Below, in pieces: positions 62,456 through 64,000 of a DNA stretch of 64,000 bases. Both the position numbers and the translations under genes were made by a program. Every line of letters begins with the position of its first letter. Positions within the stretch are counted from its first letter, which is position 1. Source of the DNA: Myxococcota bacterium (GTDB taxonomy: Bacteria; Myxococcota_A; Polyangia; Nannocystales; Nannocystaceae); NCBI GenBank assembly GCA_039028615.1, contig JBCCHT010000022.1:128001-192000 (forward strand). The letters are read 5' to 3'. The notes beneath the pieces were generated by a model. It saw only the letters and a list, made by a program, of their open reading frames with translations, did not search any database and was not told the DNA's origin.

Positions 62456-63208
62456 ATGCGCGCCACGCTTCGCTCCGTATCCCTGGGCCTGCCCGTCCTC
62501 GCCGCGCTGTCCATGGTGGCTGGCTGCCCCACCGACGCCGGCAACCCCTACGCCACCAAGGCCAAGAAGCCCCCGGCCCCTCAGGTGGGCGTCGAGGATC
62601 CTCGCGTGGTCGAGCGCGACGGCGAGCTGTACACGCAAAAGACCATCGAGCGCATCGAGGAGCGCGAGCGCGACGAGAGCAAGGAGCGCGGCCTCGGCTC
62701 GGGGCGCCCCGACGAGACCAACGGCGTGTGCCGACTCTACGCGCCCGAGCTCCCCCACCCGCAGTGCTGCAAGGCCGAGTTCGGCTTCGACGTCGAGGCC
62801 GCCCAGAAGCACTGCGACGTCGACATCTACCTGGGCGAGTCGTTCCGCTACTCGTGCGGCTACTACTTCCACGACGACGCCGGGTACCGCTGGTTCCGCC
62901 TGAGCAAGCTGCCCGACACCGACCAGGCCAAGGCAGCCGAGCACCACGACCGCAAGCTCGTCGAGTCGCTGGGCGACAAGTACACCAAGTCCAGCCCCGT
63001 CCCCGGCGTGCCCGGAGCCTACTGGAGCCGTCACGAGCGCTTCCGCTGGGCCTTCCTGCCGGGCTGGGACAACGTGCGTCAGCTGAGCTGGGACCAGCGC
63101 TCCTGCACCGACGAGGGCATCACCGAGCTCATCAAGGAGATCATCGCGGCCAAGCCGGCCCCCGAGGGCGGCAAGCGGCTGGGCAAGATCCCCAAGGCCC
63201 GCAAGTAG
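62456..63208 (+). CDS. Hypothetical lipoprotein
   Basis: Lipobox 'VAGC'; coding-like codon usage; 3' part of ORF 61451..63208. Confidence 0.7.
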   Translation: MRATLRSVSLGLPVLAALSMVAGCPTDAGNPYATKAKKPPAPQVGVEDPRVVERDGELYTQKTIERIEERERDESKERGLGSGRPDETNGVCRLYAPELPHPQCCKAEFGFDVEAAQKHCDVDIYLGESFRYSCGYYFHDDAGYRWFRLSKLPDTDQAKAAEHHDRKLVESLGDKYTKSSPVPGVPGAYWSRHERFRWAFLPGWDNVRQLSWDQRSCTDEGITELIKEIIAAKPAPEGGKRLGKIPKARK

Positions 63209-63295
63209 CTCCCGCGAGCCTCCTGAAGCAAAGAGCCCGAGCTGGTCACGCAGACCTGCTCGGGCTCGACTCGTTGGGGCGAAGGATGGCCGGGT

Positions 63296-64000
63296 TCAGG
63301 CGCCGCAGGACCACTTGCCGAGGCGCTCGGCCTTGTTGCCCTCGAGCTTGATGATGGCGTCGCCCGCCCCCTCTTCGTAGATCATCCGAACCCACAGCTC
63401 GTTGGACCCGGTGCCGTCGATGTCGAGCACGCCCATGACCTCGAAGACGTCTTTGCGGGACTGCGACTTGGCCAGCAGGATGAGGTCGTCGAGGTTGCCG
63501 TCGCGGGCGAGGAACACACCGCTCCACTTGTACTGCTCGGCCATCGTCGGGTGCGGCACGAACACGGAGTAGATGCCGTCCTTCTTGTCGTTGCCGTCGA
63601 TGTCGATCTCGGCGACCTGGTGGGCGCTGACCTCTCCCTTGCCCGCCTTGGCGGTGAGCTTGGCCTTGGTGTCGTCGTCGAGGGTCACGGCCGCGGGCGC
63701 GGTGGACTCGTCGGGGACGAGCTTGACGATCTTCAGGGCCGAGGGCGGCCATGCGCCGTAGGAGAACTCGGCTCCGCCCTTCACGCCCTCGGCGCTCAGC
63801 GCAATCTTCTTGCCCGAGCCGGCCATGCACGCGGGCTCGGTCTTCTCTCCGACCTTCTTGTTGAAGGCCTGGTCGCCGCCGCTGACCCGGACATCCGCGC
63901 CGTCGGGCACCATGGACAGGCACTCGGTGCCCGCCTTGACCGTGCCCTTGTCCTTGTCGAAGCACGCCAGCGGGATGAGGGCGCCCTCGATCTGGAAGAA
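63296..64000 (-). CDS. Hypothetical protein, 5'-truncated, with DxDGx Ca-binding-like motifs
   Basis: Frame open to the window edge; 'DIDGNDKKD', 'DIDGTGSNE'. Confidence 0.65.
   Translation of the reverse strand, partial: FFQIEGALIPLACFDKDKGTVKAGTECLSMVPDGADVRVSGGDQAFNKKVGEKTEPACMAGSGKKIALSAEGVKGGAEFSYGAWPPSALKIVKLVPDESTAPAAVTLDDDTKAKLTAKAGKGEVSAHQVAEIDIDGNDKKDGIYSVFVPHPTMAEQYKWSGVFLARDGNLDDLILLAKSQSRKDVFEVMGVLDIDGTGSNELWVRMIYEEGAGDAIIKLEGNKAERLGKWSCGA

Overview
High-GC, gene-dense bacterial DNA, most likely a myxobacterium (Nannocystaceae-like). This is inferred from MYXO-CTERM-type C-terminal anchors, TPR Ser/Thr kinases, Cys-rich lipoproteins and an ECF/anti-sigma trio. Housekeeping genes (tRNA-His, miaB, panB, sodB, mutS2, a phosphohexomutase, a PPIase, kptA) alternate with accessory loci. 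No transposase, integrase, rRNA or CRISPR array was recognised. Most interesting candidates: (1) a stand-alone, translationally coupled FAAL-desaturase-ACP cassette (jamABC/ttuABC-like, possibly making a terminal-alkyne or unusual unsaturated lipid) next to a His-rich membrane protein and a GNAT, with no PKS/NRPS; (2) a secreted Cys/Pro repeat protein coupled to a ferritin-like diiron enzyme; (3) three tandem MYXO-CTERM metzincin paralogs, two of which have lost both the first zinc His and the Met-turn; (4) an HSP90-like ATPase/TPR pair; (5) an orphan GroES-like gene coupled to a long SppA; (6) a bacterial thaumatin-like lipoprotein. All functional calls come from motif recognition by eye, not database searches, and several start codons are my re-picks.
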